Source: an uncultured delta proteobacterium (GTDB lineage: Bacteria; Myxococcota; Kuafuiibacteriia; Kuafuiibacteriales; Kuafuiibacteriaceae). Taken from it: DNA of 64,000 bases. Shown here in pieces: positions 23,975 through 34,255 of the stretch. How positions within the stretch are numbered: position 1 is the first letter of the stretch; each line of letters opens with the position of its first letter. The stretch spans positions 224,001-288,000 of the forward strand of contig CAWDML010000007.1 of the NCBI GenBank assembly GCA_963803435.1. Reading direction: 5' to 3'. Both the position numbers and the translations under genes were made by a program. Below the pieces are notes generated by a model. That model saw only the letters and a list, made by a program, of their open reading frames with translations. It was not told where the DNA came from and did no database searches.

Positions 23975-25351
23975 GTGCAGGACCTGCTCGACCTCTCGGC
24001 CCTCGAGCTGGCCGCTCACATCCGTTTGCGGGAGCTGTCGTCGCTCGAGGCCACGCGCTTCTTCCTCGAGCGCATCGAACGTCTGAACCCCGAGCTCCAG
24101 GCCTTCGTCAGCCTGCACCGGCGTCGAGCGCTCTGGACGGCGGCGCGCTGCGATCGGGTGGGGGGCCGCCGGCGCGAGCGACCGCTGTTCTTCGGGGTCC
24201 CGACCGGCGTCAAGGATCTGGTCCCGGTGTTCGGCTCGTTCACCCGGCTGGGCTCCCGCGCGTATCGCTGGTTCGTGTCGCCCTACGACGCCCCGGGCGC
24301 GAGGCGGCTCCGGCACGGCGGGTTCGTCTTCTTGGGGAAGCTCGCCACCTCCGAGTTCGGCGCGCTGCCAGTGACCGAGCCCGACATCCATCCGCCGACG
24401 AAGAACCCCTGGGACCTCCGCCGCACCCCGGGCGGCTCGAGCGGCGGCTCCGCGTCCGCGGTGGCCGCCGGCCTGCTCCCGATCGCCCAGGGCTCCGACG
24501 GCGGTGGATCCATCCGCATCCCCAGCGCCTTCTGCGGGCTCTTCGGCTTCAAGCCGAGCCTCAGCCTGCTCGGCAATCTGCACGGGCGCGTGAACATCCT
24601 CGGGATGAGCGTGATGGGCGCGCTCGCGCGCACGGTGGAAGACTCGGCGGCGATGCTCGACGTCCTTCGGGACCGCCCGTTCCCCCGGGCGCCCCACGGG
24701 CCGCCGAGCTGTCTCTCGGCCGCGGGTGCACCGCTCCGGCCGCTCCGGATCGGGTGGTCGAGCGAGTCCCCGCTGGGAGGCGCTGTCGACCCCGAGATCG
24801 TGCGAGCGACCGAGGACACGGCGACGCTCCTGGCATCGCTCGGGCATCACGTCGATGAGATCCGGATCGAGCGAGGGACGATCGACGAGTTCCTGCCGCT
24901 CTGGCAGCTCATGCTGGCGGCGGTTCCTTCACCCGGGGACGGACGCCTTCAGCCGATCACGCGCTGGCTGCGCGAGGCCGGACGGAGCCTCACGCTCGAG
25001 GAGGTGCTGCCCACGCAGCGCACGTTCCAGGCGCGGATCGATCGGATGTTCGGAGTCGCGGACGTCGTCCTCACGCCGACCGTCCCCTTCGCACCGCCGC
25101 TGCTCGGCAGCCCGCAGGGACCCGATCCGCGCCAGGCCTTCTTCGAGATCGCGCAGGCCGGCGCCTTCACCGCCGCGTTCAACGCCACCGATCGACCCGC
25201 GGCCAGCCTGCCGGCGGGGCTCTCCTCCGCGGGGTTGCCGCTGGCGATCCAGCTCGGCGGTCGCCGCGGCGAGGACCACCTGCTCTTGGCGCTCTCGCGG
25301 CAGGTCGAACAGGCCCGCCCCTGGCGCCAGTGGCGAGCGCCGCTCTCATGA
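23975..25351 (+). CDS. Amidase signature family protein
   Basis: GVPTGVKDL, PGGSSGGSASAVAAG, GSDGGGSIRIPS. Confidence 0.93.
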   Translation: MQDLLDLSALELAAHIRLRELSSLEATRFFLERIERLNPELQAFVSLHRRRALWTAARCDRVGGRRRERPLFFGVPTGVKDLVPVFGSFTRLGSRAYRWFVSPYDAPGARRLRHGGFVFLGKLATSEFGALPVTEPDIHPPTKNPWDLRRTPGGSSGGSASAVAAGLLPIAQGSDGGGSIRIPSAFCGLFGFKPSLSLLGNLHGRVNILGMSVMGALARTVEDSAAMLDVLRDRPFPRAPHGPPSCLSAAGAPLRPLRIGWSSESPLGGAVDPEIVRATEDTATLLASLGHHVDEIRIERGTIDEFLPLWQLMLAAVPSPGDGRLQPITRWLREAGRSLTLEEVLPTQRTFQARIDRMFGVADVVLTPTVPFAPPLLGSPQGPDPRQAFFEIAQAGAFTAAFNATDRPAASLPAGLSSAGLPLAIQLGGRRGEDHLLLALSRQVEQARPWRQWRAPLS

Positions 25352-25372
25352 TCTCGAGACTCGAGGAGCACG

Positions 25373-26128
25373 ATGCAAGAGAACCGAATCGAAGTACCGA
25401 CCGAAGAAGGGATCGTGGACGGCCGCGGGTTCGTGCCGGACGGCGAGGGACCGTGGCCGCTGGTGATCTTCTACATGGACGCGGGCGGGCTTCGACCGAG
25501 CATGTCCGCGATGGCGAATCGTCTGGTGGACGCGGGCTACGCGGTGGTGCAGCCGAACCTCTACTGGCGCGCCGGCGCGTACGCGCCCTTCGACTTCGCG
25601 ACCGTGTTCACCGACTCGGAGGAGCGCAAGCGATTGATGACCCTCACCCAATCGTTCACCCCGGTGCAGGCGATGTCCGATACGCGCCTTCTGATCGCGG
25701 CACAGACGCGCTCCGATCCGCGCGTGAAGAGCGAGCGGTTCGGTTGCGTCGGCTATTGCATGGGCGGTCGGATGAGCCTCATCGCGGCGGCCGAGCTGGC
25801 GCCGCGCGTGGCGGCGGCCGCCTCAATCCACGGCGGCGGTCTGGTCACCGACGCGCCGAACAGCCCGCACCTGGGCGCGCCCCGGATCGAGGGCGACGTC
25901 TATCTCGGCGTCGCCGACGAGGACCCGAGCTGCCCCGAGGCACACCAGCAGGCGTTACGTGAGGCGCTCGATCGAGCGGGGGTCCGCTACACGCTCGAGC
26001 GCTATCCCGGTGCGCGCCACGGGTTCGCCGTGCCCGACGCGCCCACGTATGACGCGACCGCGGCCGAACGGCACTGGCGCCGCGTGCTGAACCTCTTCGG
26101 CGAGGCGCTGCGATCGGGAGCCCCATGA
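25373..26128 (+). CDS. Dienelactone hydrolase family protein
   Basis: GYCMGG nucleophile motif, YPGARHGF; GAGGAG RBS. Confidence 0.92.
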   Translation: MQENRIEVPTEEGIVDGRGFVPDGEGPWPLVIFYMDAGGLRPSMSAMANRLVDAGYAVVQPNLYWRAGAYAPFDFATVFTDSEERKRLMTLTQSFTPVQAMSDTRLLIAAQTRSDPRVKSERFGCVGYCMGGRMSLIAAAELAPRVAAAASIHGGGLVTDAPNSPHLGAPRIEGDVYLGVADEDPSCPEAHQQALREALDRAGVRYTLERYPGARHGFAVPDAPTYDATAAERHWRRVLNLFGEALRSGAP

Positions 26129-26177
26129 CGAGCACAGTTGCGGTAACCGGGGAACCCTACTAGCGTCACGGTCCCGG

Positions 26178-27182
26178 TTGACCGACCCCTTCGAGATTGG
26201 CGGAGTGCACGTCGCGCCGGGCGAGCGCGCCTCGATCGCGCTACCGGTCGCTCGGCTGCACACCAGCACCGAGCTGACCATGCCGATCCGTGTCGTCCGT
26301 GGAAGAACGGACGGTCCTGCGTTGTTCGTATCCGCCGCCATTCATGGCGACGAGATCAACGGTGTGGAGATCATTCGCCGCTTGCTGCGATTGAAGAGCC
26401 TCGCCAAGCTTCGCGGCACCTTGATCGCGGTCCCGGTGGTCAATGTCTTCGGATTCGTCGCGCACTCGCGGTACCTGCCGGACCGCCGCGATCTGAATCG
26501 CAGCTTCCCCGGTTTTCTGGGCGGAACGCTCGCGGCTCGGCTGGCGGAGCTCTTCATGCGCGAGGTCGTGGCCAAGTCGACGCACGGGATCGATCTGCAC
26601 ACCGGCTCCGGGCGCCGCACCAATCTTCCGCACGTGCGCGTGCGCTTCGAGGATCGCGAGTCCAAGCGTCTCGCGATCGCGTTCGGCGCACCGGTCGTGC
26701 TGAACGCGGCCTGCAGGAGAGGCTCGCTCCGGGAGGCGGTCACCGAGTCGGGGAAGCCGTTCATCCTCTATGAGGGCGGTGAAGATCTCCGCTTCGACGA
26801 GTGGGCGATCCGCTCCGGGCTCAAAGGCGTCAAGGACGTCATGCAAACGTTGGGGATGCTCCCGGGCGAGCCTGTCGAGAAGCGACCGTTCCTCGCCAAG
26901 AGCAGCCGGTGGGTCCGCGCGCCTGCGGGCGGGATCTTCCGCTCCGCCACCACCATCGGGACGCGCGTTCGCCGGGGTCAAAAGGTCGGCACGATCGGAG
27001 ATCCCTTTGGTGAGAATCAAATCGACGTCCTTGCACCCGCCTCGGGCGTCGTCATCGGCGCGAACATGCTTCCGCTGGTCAACGAAGGCGATCAGCTCTA
27101 TCACGTCGCCCGAATCAAGGCGCCCGGCCCCAACGACGAGGATCCGGTCGCCGAGCTGTTCGGGGAGCTGACCCGGTCATGA
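26178..27182 (+). CDS. Succinylglutamate desuccinylase/aspartoacylase (M14) family metallopeptidase
   Basis: AAIHGDEING, RDLNRSFPG, IDLHTG, YEGGE. Confidence 0.92.
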   Translation: MTDPFEIGGVHVAPGERASIALPVARLHTSTELTMPIRVVRGRTDGPALFVSAAIHGDEINGVEIIRRLLRLKSLAKLRGTLIAVPVVNVFGFVAHSRYLPDRRDLNRSFPGFLGGTLAARLAELFMREVVAKSTHGIDLHTGSGRRTNLPHVRVRFEDRESKRLAIAFGAPVVLNAACRRGSLREAVTESGKPFILYEGGEDLRFDEWAIRSGLKGVKDVMQTLGMLPGEPVEKRPFLAKSSRWVRAPAGGIFRSATTIGTRVRRGQKVGTIGDPFGENQIDVLAPASGVVIGANMLPLVNEGDQLYHVARIKAPGPNDEDPVAELFGELTRS

Positions 27183-28321
27183 AGATCGCGATCCTGTCTC
27201 AGCACAAGGCCAGCTTCAGCGTGCAGAGGCTCAAGCAGGCGGGGGCGGCGCTCGACCACCGAGTGCGCGTCCTCAATCCCCAGCAGTTCTGCGTGTCGAT
27301 CACCGAAGGCAAGCCGGAGCTCTACTATCAGGACAAGAAGCTCCAGCTCCCGGACGCGCTCATCCCCCGGATCGGCGCCTCCATCACCTTCTTCGGGACC
27401 AGCGTGTCTCCGCCAGTTCGAGCAGATGGGCGTGTTCTACGGTGAACACCTCGCTCGGCATCTCAGCTCGCGCGACAAGCTCCGCTCGCTGCAGGTGCTC
27501 AGCCGCCACAACATCGGCATCCCGCCCACCACGTTCGTCCGCGACGGCGCCGGCGTCTGCCGAGGCGATCGAGCGGGTGGGCGGCGCGCCCGTGGTGATC
27601 AAGATGGTCGAGGGGACGCAGGGGACGGGCGTGATGCTGGCCGAGACGCCGAAGAGCGCAGAGGCGATCGTCGAGACGCTCCAGGGCGCGCAGCAGAACG
27701 TGCTGATCCAGAAGTTCGTGTCCGAGAGCCGCGGGCGGGACATCCGCGCGTTCGTGGTGGGCGGCCGCGTGGTGGCCGCGATGCGCCGGCTCGCCGTGGG
27801 CGACGAGTTCCGCAGCAACGTGCACCGCGGCGGGACCACCGAAGGCATCCACCTGGCCAAGGACTTCGAGCGCACCGCGATCCGCGCCTCCCAGGTGCTC
27901 GGCCTCCGGATCGCCGGCGTCGATCATGCTGGAGTCGAACGACGGGCCGCAGGTCATGGAGGTGAACTCGTCGCCCGGCCTCGAGGGGATCGAGAAGGCC
28001 AGCGGCGTCGACGTGGCCCGCGCCATCATCGAGCACACGGTCGACCAGGCGAAGTTCCTCGAGGTCGACGTGAAGCAGGAGCCCCACGCCACCGAGTACG
28101 GGCTCGTCGAGGTTCCGGTCGGCCGAATGCTCCGCGGGCTCCGGATCCGCGAGTCTGTCCTGCACGAGCAGAACGTCCACGTGCTCCGCATCCAGCGCGG
28201 CCTCGAGACCATCCCGATCCCCTCGGTCGACATCAAGCTCCAGTCCGGAGACGAGCTCCTCTGCTACGGCTCGCTGACCGTGCTCAAGAATTTGATCCCG
28301 GAGAAGCGGCGGCGGCGCTGA
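27179..28321 (+). CDS. rimK: RimK family alpha-L-glutamate ligase with C-terminal TrkA-C/RCK_C domain; several frameshifts
   Basis: Pieces across frames: MKIAILS...[71 protein letters not shown], then an RCK_C-like tail (VLRIQRG...[11 protein letters not shown]). Confidence 0.85.
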
Positions 28322-28322
28322 T

Positions 28323-29429
28323 TCACCAGGCGCGGTTCGAGTGGGACTCGCCGTGGCAGACGCCGCTGCAGTGGCCGGCGGCGTTCCGCGTGATGGCCGC
28401 CGGCATCTGCAGATCGACCTGCCGGTTCACGTGCAGCTCGAGGCCGACGATCTGGTTGGTCCGGTCGATGGTGCCGGCGTGGCAGTCGGCGCAGACGAAG
28501 CCTTCGCGGAGGTGGCGGCGATGGGCGCCGCTGAGGTTGATCCCGTTGGAGGTGGGGCCGTTGTGGCAATCGTCGCAGGTGGGCGTGCCCTGGGCCGCGG
28601 ACCATGAGCCGTTGGGGCCCTGTCCGTTGCCGTGACACCAGAGGTTCGAGCAGGAGGCGTCGCCGTTGTAGGTGGCCTCCGAGCTGCGACCGCCGCTGAA
28701 GTCGACCTCCGCACGGCCAGCGGTGCCGTCGAGGACGTGGCCCATCGAGGTGACGTCGGTCGGCTTGGCGTGGCACTCGACGCAGTCGAACGGCGCGTGG
28801 TTCTGCGCGCTGACGTGGGACGTGTGCGGGATGAACGTCAGCGGGAAGTCCTCGCCGTTGATGTCGCGGGGAGGAGCGCCGGTGCCGTCGATGTCGTTGC
28901 CGTGACAGTACGTGCAGTTGGTCCGCCAGCCGCTCTTGTGGCAGCTGTCGCAGCTCGGCCCCACGAAGCCGGTGAAGTCCTGCGCGTGGCAGTCGCGGCA
29001 GTTCTCGTCGGCGAGCTTGAACGCGAGGCCGTGCCTCGCGGGGTCGGCCCAGTCGAGCGGATGATGTCGATCGGGCACGACCTCCGGCGCCTCGCAGTCG
29101 GTGGGGGCGCCGGCGTCGATCCAGCGCTGGAGCGATTCGATCTCCGCGTCCTCCATGACCACGCCCGGCGGCATGCGGGCGCCCTCCCCGTCCGCCTGCG
29201 TGCCGGACACCTTGCGGGACACGAACGCGAGCAGATCGGGCGACAGCGCGGCGGCGCCGTCCTTGTCGAGCGCGGGAACCTGCCCCTGTGGCTTGTGGCA
29301 CTCGGTGCAGCGGACGGCGAGGATGCGGAGGGCCTCGTCGCAGTCTCCCTTCTTCGGGATCGGGTCGGAGGGCGCGGCGTTGCAGGCGAATGCCAGCGTG
29401 AGGAGCGCGAGCCATCGAAGGCGCAGCAT
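28323..29429 (-). CDS. Multiheme cytochrome c lipoprotein with a CxxxxCH...CxxCH (Geobacter-type) motif
   Basis: Signal ending in AFAC; seven CxxCH plus CSNLWCH and CSGVCH. Confidence 0.85.
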   Translation of the reverse strand: MLRLRWLALLTLAFACNAAPSDPIPKKGDCDEALRILAVRCTECHKPQGQVPALDKDGAAALSPDLLAFVSRKVSGTQADGEGARMPPGVVMEDAEIESLQRWIDAGAPTDCEAPEVVPDRHHPLDWADPARHGLAFKLADENCRDCHAQDFTGFVGPSCDSCHKSGWRTNCTYCHGNDIDGTGAPPRDINGEDFPLTFIPHTSHVSAQNHAPFDCVECHAKPTDVTSMGHVLDGTAGRAEVDFSGGRSSEATYNGDASCSNLWCHGNGQGPNGSWSAAQGTPTCDDCHNGPTSNGINLSGAHRRHLREGFVCADCHAGTIDRTNQIVGLELHVNRQVDLQMPAAITRNAAGHCSGVCHGESHSNRAW

Positions 29430-29486
29430 GGTCGCGTCTTACGTACGAAAATGGCGCTCGTCATGCGATACTCGCGCGAGTCACCC

Positions 29487-30470
29487 ATGCGGAGACGATC
29501 CACCCTGCGCATGCAGGCCGGTTCCAAGGCGGTCGAGGGCTTCTTCTGGGGCCTCTCCAAGGCGGGTCTCATGCACCCCCTGGCCAAGCCCGAGCGCCAC
29601 GGGGTCGAGGTCATCCGGGACGTGGCCTATCGCGACACAGGGATGACCGAGCACCGCCTCGACGTCTACCGGCCGGCGAACGCCGATGGGCCCCTCCCGA
29701 TCTGCCTCTACGTGCACGGCGGTGGGTTCCGCATCCTCTCCAAGGACTCCCACTGGATCATGGGCCTGATCTTCGCGCGCCGCGGCTATCTGGTCTTCAA
29801 CGTCAACTATCGCCTGGCGCCGAGATATCCGTTCCCCCACGCGATCGAGGACGTCTGCTCGGCGTACGAGTGGGTGCTCGATCATGCGGAGGACTGGGGA
29901 GGCGATCCGTCTCGGCTGGTGTTCGCAGGAGAGTCGGCCGGCGCCAACCTGGTCACCGCGCTCACGGTCGGCCTCTGCTATCCGAGACCGGAGCCGTTCA
30001 CGCAGCAGGTGCGAGCGCGCGGTGTGCTCCCGAAGGCGGTGGTACCCGCCTGCGGTATCTTCGAGGTTTCGAACCCGGAGCGCTTCGAGCGGAAGGTGTC
30101 ACGGTTCGTGCTCGATCGTCTGTCCGAGGTGACGCACGCCTATCTTCCGGAGGACGTCCCCATCGAGTCACGCGACCTCGCCGATCTCCTCCACCTCTTC
30201 GAGCGGGAGGAGCGACCGGAGCGACCGCTGCCGCCGTTCTTCGTCCCTTGTGGGGCGCTGGATCCGCTGCACGACGACACGCTGCGCCTGGGGCGGGCGC
30301 TCCGGACGATCGGCGCCAGCTGCGAGACACGCCTCTACGAGCGCGGCCATCACGCCTTCCACGCCTTCGTGCTCTTTCCCAACGCGCGGCGCTGCTGGGA
30401 GGACACGTTCGAGTTTCTGGGCCGTCACATCACAGGACAGGTGACCCCGGTGCCGCCCAGACCGCAGTAA
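29487..30470 (+). CDS. Hormone-sensitive-lipase-like alpha/beta hydrolase
   Basis: HGGG, NYRLAP, GESAG, DPLHDD, HAF; the start could be 29451 or 29463. Confidence 0.9.
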   Translation: MRRRSTLRMQAGSKAVEGFFWGLSKAGLMHPLAKPERHGVEVIRDVAYRDTGMTEHRLDVYRPANADGPLPICLYVHGGGFRILSKDSHWIMGLIFARRGYLVFNVNYRLAPRYPFPHAIEDVCSAYEWVLDHAEDWGGDPSRLVFAGESAGANLVTALTVGLCYPRPEPFTQQVRARGVLPKAVVPACGIFEVSNPERFERKVSRFVLDRLSEVTHAYLPEDVPIESRDLADLLHLFEREERPERPLPPFFVPCGALDPLHDDTLRLGRALRTIGASCETRLYERGHHAFHAFVLFPNARRCWEDTFEFLGRHITGQVTPVPPRPQ

Positions 30471-31057
30471 CCGTGCGGGTTCTTCGACAGGTACTGCTGA
30501 TGATAATCCTCGGCGTAGTAGAACTCGGGCGCCGCGATGATCTCGGTGCTGATCGGCGCCTTGCCGCTCCGGCGTAGCGCTTCCTGGTACCGATCGCGGG
30601 AGGCGAGCGCCTCGCGCAGCTGCTCGTCGCCGTAGCAGTAGATGCCGGACCGATACTGCGTCCCGACGTCGTTCCCCTGGCGCATGCCCTGGGTGGGATC
30701 GTGGCTCTCCCAGAACAGCTTGAGCAGCGCGCCGTACGAGGTCACCGCAGGATCGAACACCACGCGCACCACCTCGGCGTGTCCGGTTCGACCCGAGCAG
30801 ACCTCCTCGTACGTCGGGTTCGGCGTGTAGCCGGCGGCGTATCCGACCTGCGTGCTGAACACACCGGGCGCCTGCCACATCTTCCGCTCGGCGCCCCAGA
30901 AGCACCCCATGCCGAACATCGCCAGGCGCATCATGGGCGGCCAGGGCGGCACCGTCGCGTGGCCGTTCACGTGGTGGACGGAGCTGACCCGGATCGGCTG
31001 TGAACGGCCCGGCAGGGCGTCCTCCTGCGCGGGCATTTTGGCCTTTCTGCCGAACAT
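30425..31057 (-). CDS. msrA: Peptide-methionine (S)-S-oxide reductase
   Basis: [44 protein letters not shown]; alternative GTG start at 31069. Confidence 0.96.
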   Translation of the reverse strand: MFGRKAKMPAQEDALPGRSQPIRVSSVHHVNGHATVPPWPPMMRLAMFGMGCFWGAERKMWQAPGVFSTQVGYAAGYTPNPTYEEVCSGRTGHAEVVRVVFDPAVTSYGALLKLFWESHDPTQGMRQGNDVGTQYRSGIYCYGDEQLREALASRDRYQEALRRSGKAPISTEIIAAPEFYYAEDYHQQYLSKNPHGYCGLGGTGVTCPVM

Positions 31058-31179
31058 CTCGAAGATCACGCCTCCATCGTACACCGGGGCGTTCCTCAAG
31101 TTACGAGGCTTCCGGTCGATCTCCGGAGGGAACCACCCGTGCTGCTCTCGCAATCGGCTGGCCCGGACCCACATGCCGG

Positions 31180-31440
31180 GGGTGGTCCACGGGGGGACGG
31201 GCACCGCAGGAGATCGTCGCGCTGGCGCTGCACACCTGGTCCCCGCGCGCGCAGGGTCCCTTCGTCGCGGGGAACTGTGCGGGCATCCCGGAGCAGCTCC
31301 TCGAGAGCGAGCTCTTCGGCTGCGAAGAGGGCGCCTACTCCGGCGCCACCCGCGCCCGGCCCGGCCTGGTGGAGGCCGCGCACGGCGGTGTGCTCTTCCT
31401 CGACGAGATCGGAGAGCTGCCCCCCTCGGCGCAAGCTAAG
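31180..31440 (+). pseudogene. Fragment of a sigma54-activator AAA+ domain
   Basis: Frameshifted Walker A, then GPFVAGNC...LLESELFG...GAYSGA...[10 protein letters not shown]...AQAK, where similarity ends abruptly. Confidence 0.8.
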
Positions 31441-31511
31441 AGCCGGTCCTAAAACCGTTCCGTTCGCAGCTTGCTGTTTCGTCGTTCTGTCATTCGCTGT
31501 TCGATCCGGCG

Positions 31512-31703
31512 ATGAAGGGCGATGACATCGCAGAACGACTGCTCAAGTTTGCGAAGCGTGTACTTCGGCTGTGTCGCGAACTCGCGAAGGACTTCGCCGG
31601 CAAGCATGTCGCTCGGCAGCTCATCCGATGCGCTTCTGGTGGTGGTTCCCGTTCTGCCTATGACCGTGAGACACCGGGACCCCACGAAGTTTGTGTGAGC
31701 TGA
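31512..31703 (+). pseudogene. Truncated four-helix-bundle (23S_rRNA_IVP/Avd-like) protein
   Basis: MKGDDIAERLLKFAKRVLRLC...RQLIRCAS resembles the first two helices; the ANxxE...S..DF half is missing. Confidence 0.65.
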
Positions 31704-31828
31704 CCGGAGCCGAGCCCCCCGGCCCGGTGCTCGACGCGCTGGTGAAGTGGAGCTCTGGGATAGCCGGGCAATCAATCAGCGCACGATGGCCGAGTGGCCG
31801 GTCGAGGCGGGCTGGACCGAGCAGGGCG

Positions 31829-31880
31829 CGAGCTGTCTCGCGTCGGCCCTCCCATCTCGTCCGCGATGCCGAGCTGTCTC
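31829..31880. repeat. 11-bp direct repeat CGAGCTGTCTC, two copies 41 bp apart, with a CATCTC half-match midway
   Basis: Copies at 31829-31839 and 31870-31880, upstream of the FHA-bEBP gene. Confidence 0.5.
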
Positions 31881-32010
31881 AACGTCCTCGAGCGCCGCAG
31901 CTGCGACACCCATGGTTGGGACATCATGAACAGCTTCCCGCCCCGCTGAGCAGCGCGGCATGAGCCTCTAGCCTGCTCCCCCGCCCTCGTGGTTAGCTCC
32001 TCCGCGGGAG

Positions 32011-33409
32011 ATGGCCGATCAAACCCTCTCGTTCTGCGACGACAGTGCGGAGCAGGGCGGCGTCTCTCTTGCGGATGCCCAGCTGTTCCTGCTGATGCGC
32101 GCCGACGCGCCTGCGTCCGGATCCGTGCGCTACCCGCTCGGCGAGGTCGATACCATCGCGCTGGGGCGCGGCTCCACCCTCTCGGCCACGCTGCCCTCGA
32201 AGCATCACCTCGCCGTCACCATTCCCGACGGATGGATGTCGTCCAAGCACGCGCGGCTCTCACGGATCCAGGGCAAGTGGATCCTCGAGGACCTGGGCTC
32301 GAAGAACGGAACCTTTCTCCGCGGCCAGCGCGTCGCGCGGTCGACGCTCGCCGACGGCGATCTGTTCGAGTGCGGCCAATCGCTGCTCCTGTTCCGCGAC
32401 GCGGTGACGCCGATCCAGAGCGTCGCAGCCTCCCAGAGCCGCAGCGGCCTCTCGCCGCCGCTGCCCGAGCTCGCCACCTTCGTGCGCGCGCACGCCGAGG
32501 CGTTCGACTCGATCGCCCGCGTCGCCGGCGCCACCGTTCCGATCGTCATCCTGGGAGAGACGGGATCCGGGAAGGAGGTGGTGGCGCGCGCTGTCCACAC
32601 GCTCTCCGGGCGCAAGGGCAACTTCGTCGCCGTCAACTGCGGCGCGCTCCCGGAGCATCTCGTCGAGTCGGAGCTGTTCGGCGCCCGGCGCGGCGCGTAC
32701 TCGGGCGCCACCGAGGATCGGAGCGGGCTGATCCGGGCGGCGGACGGCGGCACGCTCTTCCTCGACGAGATCGGGGACCTCCCCGCGGCGGCGCAGGTCT
32801 CGTTCCTGCGCGTGCTCCAGGAGAAGGTGGTGGTGCCGGTCGGCGGCACCGAGCCGATCCCGGTCGACTTCCGCCTGGTGGTCGCCACGCACCGGGACCT
32901 CATCGCGGCGGTCGAGGCCGGTGCGTTTCGCGAGGATTCTGATGGCGCGCCTCTCCGGGCTGACCGTGCGCCTCTTGCCGCTCCGCGAACGGCCCGAGGA
33001 CCTCGGGCTGCTGGTCGAGGCCCTGCTCCAGCGGGTGGCCAAGGATCCGGAGGCGGTCACCTTCACCACCAAGGCCGCCCGCCTGCTCTTGTCCTACGAC
33101 TTCCCTCAGAACGTGCGTGAGCTCGAGCGCGCGCTGGAGCTGTCGGTCGCGCTGGCCGGACCGGCCGCGATCGACGTCAACCACCTCCCCGAGCTGATCC
33201 AGCGCTCCGAGAACGCCTCGGCCGCACCGCTCGAGGAGGCGCCCGAGCTGTCCGAGGAGGATCGATCGCGACGCCAGGAGCTGATCGGCCTCCTCCAGGC
33301 GCACGAGGGGAACGTGGCGGCCGTCTCCCGCGTCATGGGCAAGGCCCGGATGCAGATCCACCGCTGGCTGCGCCGCTACGGCATCAATCCAGGCGATTTC
33401 CGGGCGTAG
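32011..33409 (+). CDS. FHA-domain sigma54-dependent enhancer-binding protein with Fis-type HTH; +1 frameshift at about 32938
   Basis: FHA (LGRG, MSSKHA, DLGSKNGT), GETGSGKE, ESELFG, GAYSGA, FLDEIG, FRED|LMARL, NVREL, HTH GNVAAVSRVMGKARMQIHRW. Confidence 0.9.
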
Positions 33410-33433
33410 GCTCCCCGTGGTACGGGGCGGGTC

Positions 33434-34255
33434 GTGAGAACGCTCCAGAACAAGACGATCTTCATCACCGGCGCCAGCCGCGGCATCGGGCTCGCGATCG
33501 CGCTCCGCGCGGCCAGGGACGGCGCCAACATCGCGATCGCCGCCAAGACCACCGAGGCGCACGGCAAGCTGCCCGGCACCATCTTCACCGCCGCCGAGGA
33601 GATCGAGGCCGCCGGCGGGCGCGCGCTCCCGATCCAGGTCGACGTGCGCTTCGAGGACCAGGTGGCCGAGGCCGTGAAGCAGACGGTCGACACCTTCGGC
33701 GGCATCGACATCCTCGTGAACAACGCCAGCGCCATCAGTCTCACCGGCACCACCTCCACGCCGATGAAGCGCTACGACCTGATGCACGGGATCAACGTGC
33801 GGGGGACCTTCGTCTGCTCCCAGGCCTGCATCCCCTGGCTGGAAAAGGCGGACAATCCGCACATCCTCAACAACTCGCCGCCGCTCAACATGGAGGCCAA
33901 GTGGTTCAAGGACCACGTCGCGTACACCATGTCGAAGTTCGGCATGAGCATGTGCGCGCTCGGGATGGCCGAGGAGCTGCGCGGGAGCGGGATCGCGGTG
34001 AACGCGATCTGGCCGCGCACCACCATCGCGACCGCGGCGACGATGATGCTGGGAGGGCAGGACATGATCTCCCGCTGCCGCAAGCCGGAGATCATGGCGG
34101 ACGCGGTCCACGCGATCCTCACCCGTCCGAGCAAGGAGTGCACCGGCAACTTCTTCCTCGACGAGGACGTCCTGCGGGCCGAGGGCGTGAAGGACTTCGC
34201 TCAGTATGCGGTCACGCCGGGCGCCGAGCTCATCCCCGACTTCTTCATCGACTGA
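33434..34255 (+). CDS. Short-chain dehydrogenase (HSDL2-like)
   Basis: TGASRGIG, NNAS, YTMSK, WPRTTIAT. Confidence 0.92.
   Translation: MRTLQNKTIFITGASRGIGLAIALRAARDGANIAIAAKTTEAHGKLPGTIFTAAEEIEAAGGRALPIQVDVRFEDQVAEAVKQTVDTFGGIDILVNNASAISLTGTTSTPMKRYDLMHGINVRGTFVCSQACIPWLEKADNPHILNNSPPLNMEAKWFKDHVAYTMSKFGMSMCALGMAEELRGSGIAVNAIWPRTTIATAATMMLGGQDMISRCRKPEIMADAVHAILTRPSKECTGNFFLDEDVLRAEGVKDFAQYAVTPGAELIPDFFID

Noticed and set aside
23941-29467. Further sigma54-like matches before the amidase (about 23945-23960), M14 peptidase (26150-26165) and esterase (29452-29467)
   Set aside because: Wrong GG-GC spacing or poor consensus. The M14 site has the 14-nt spacing but TAGC at -12. Not counted.
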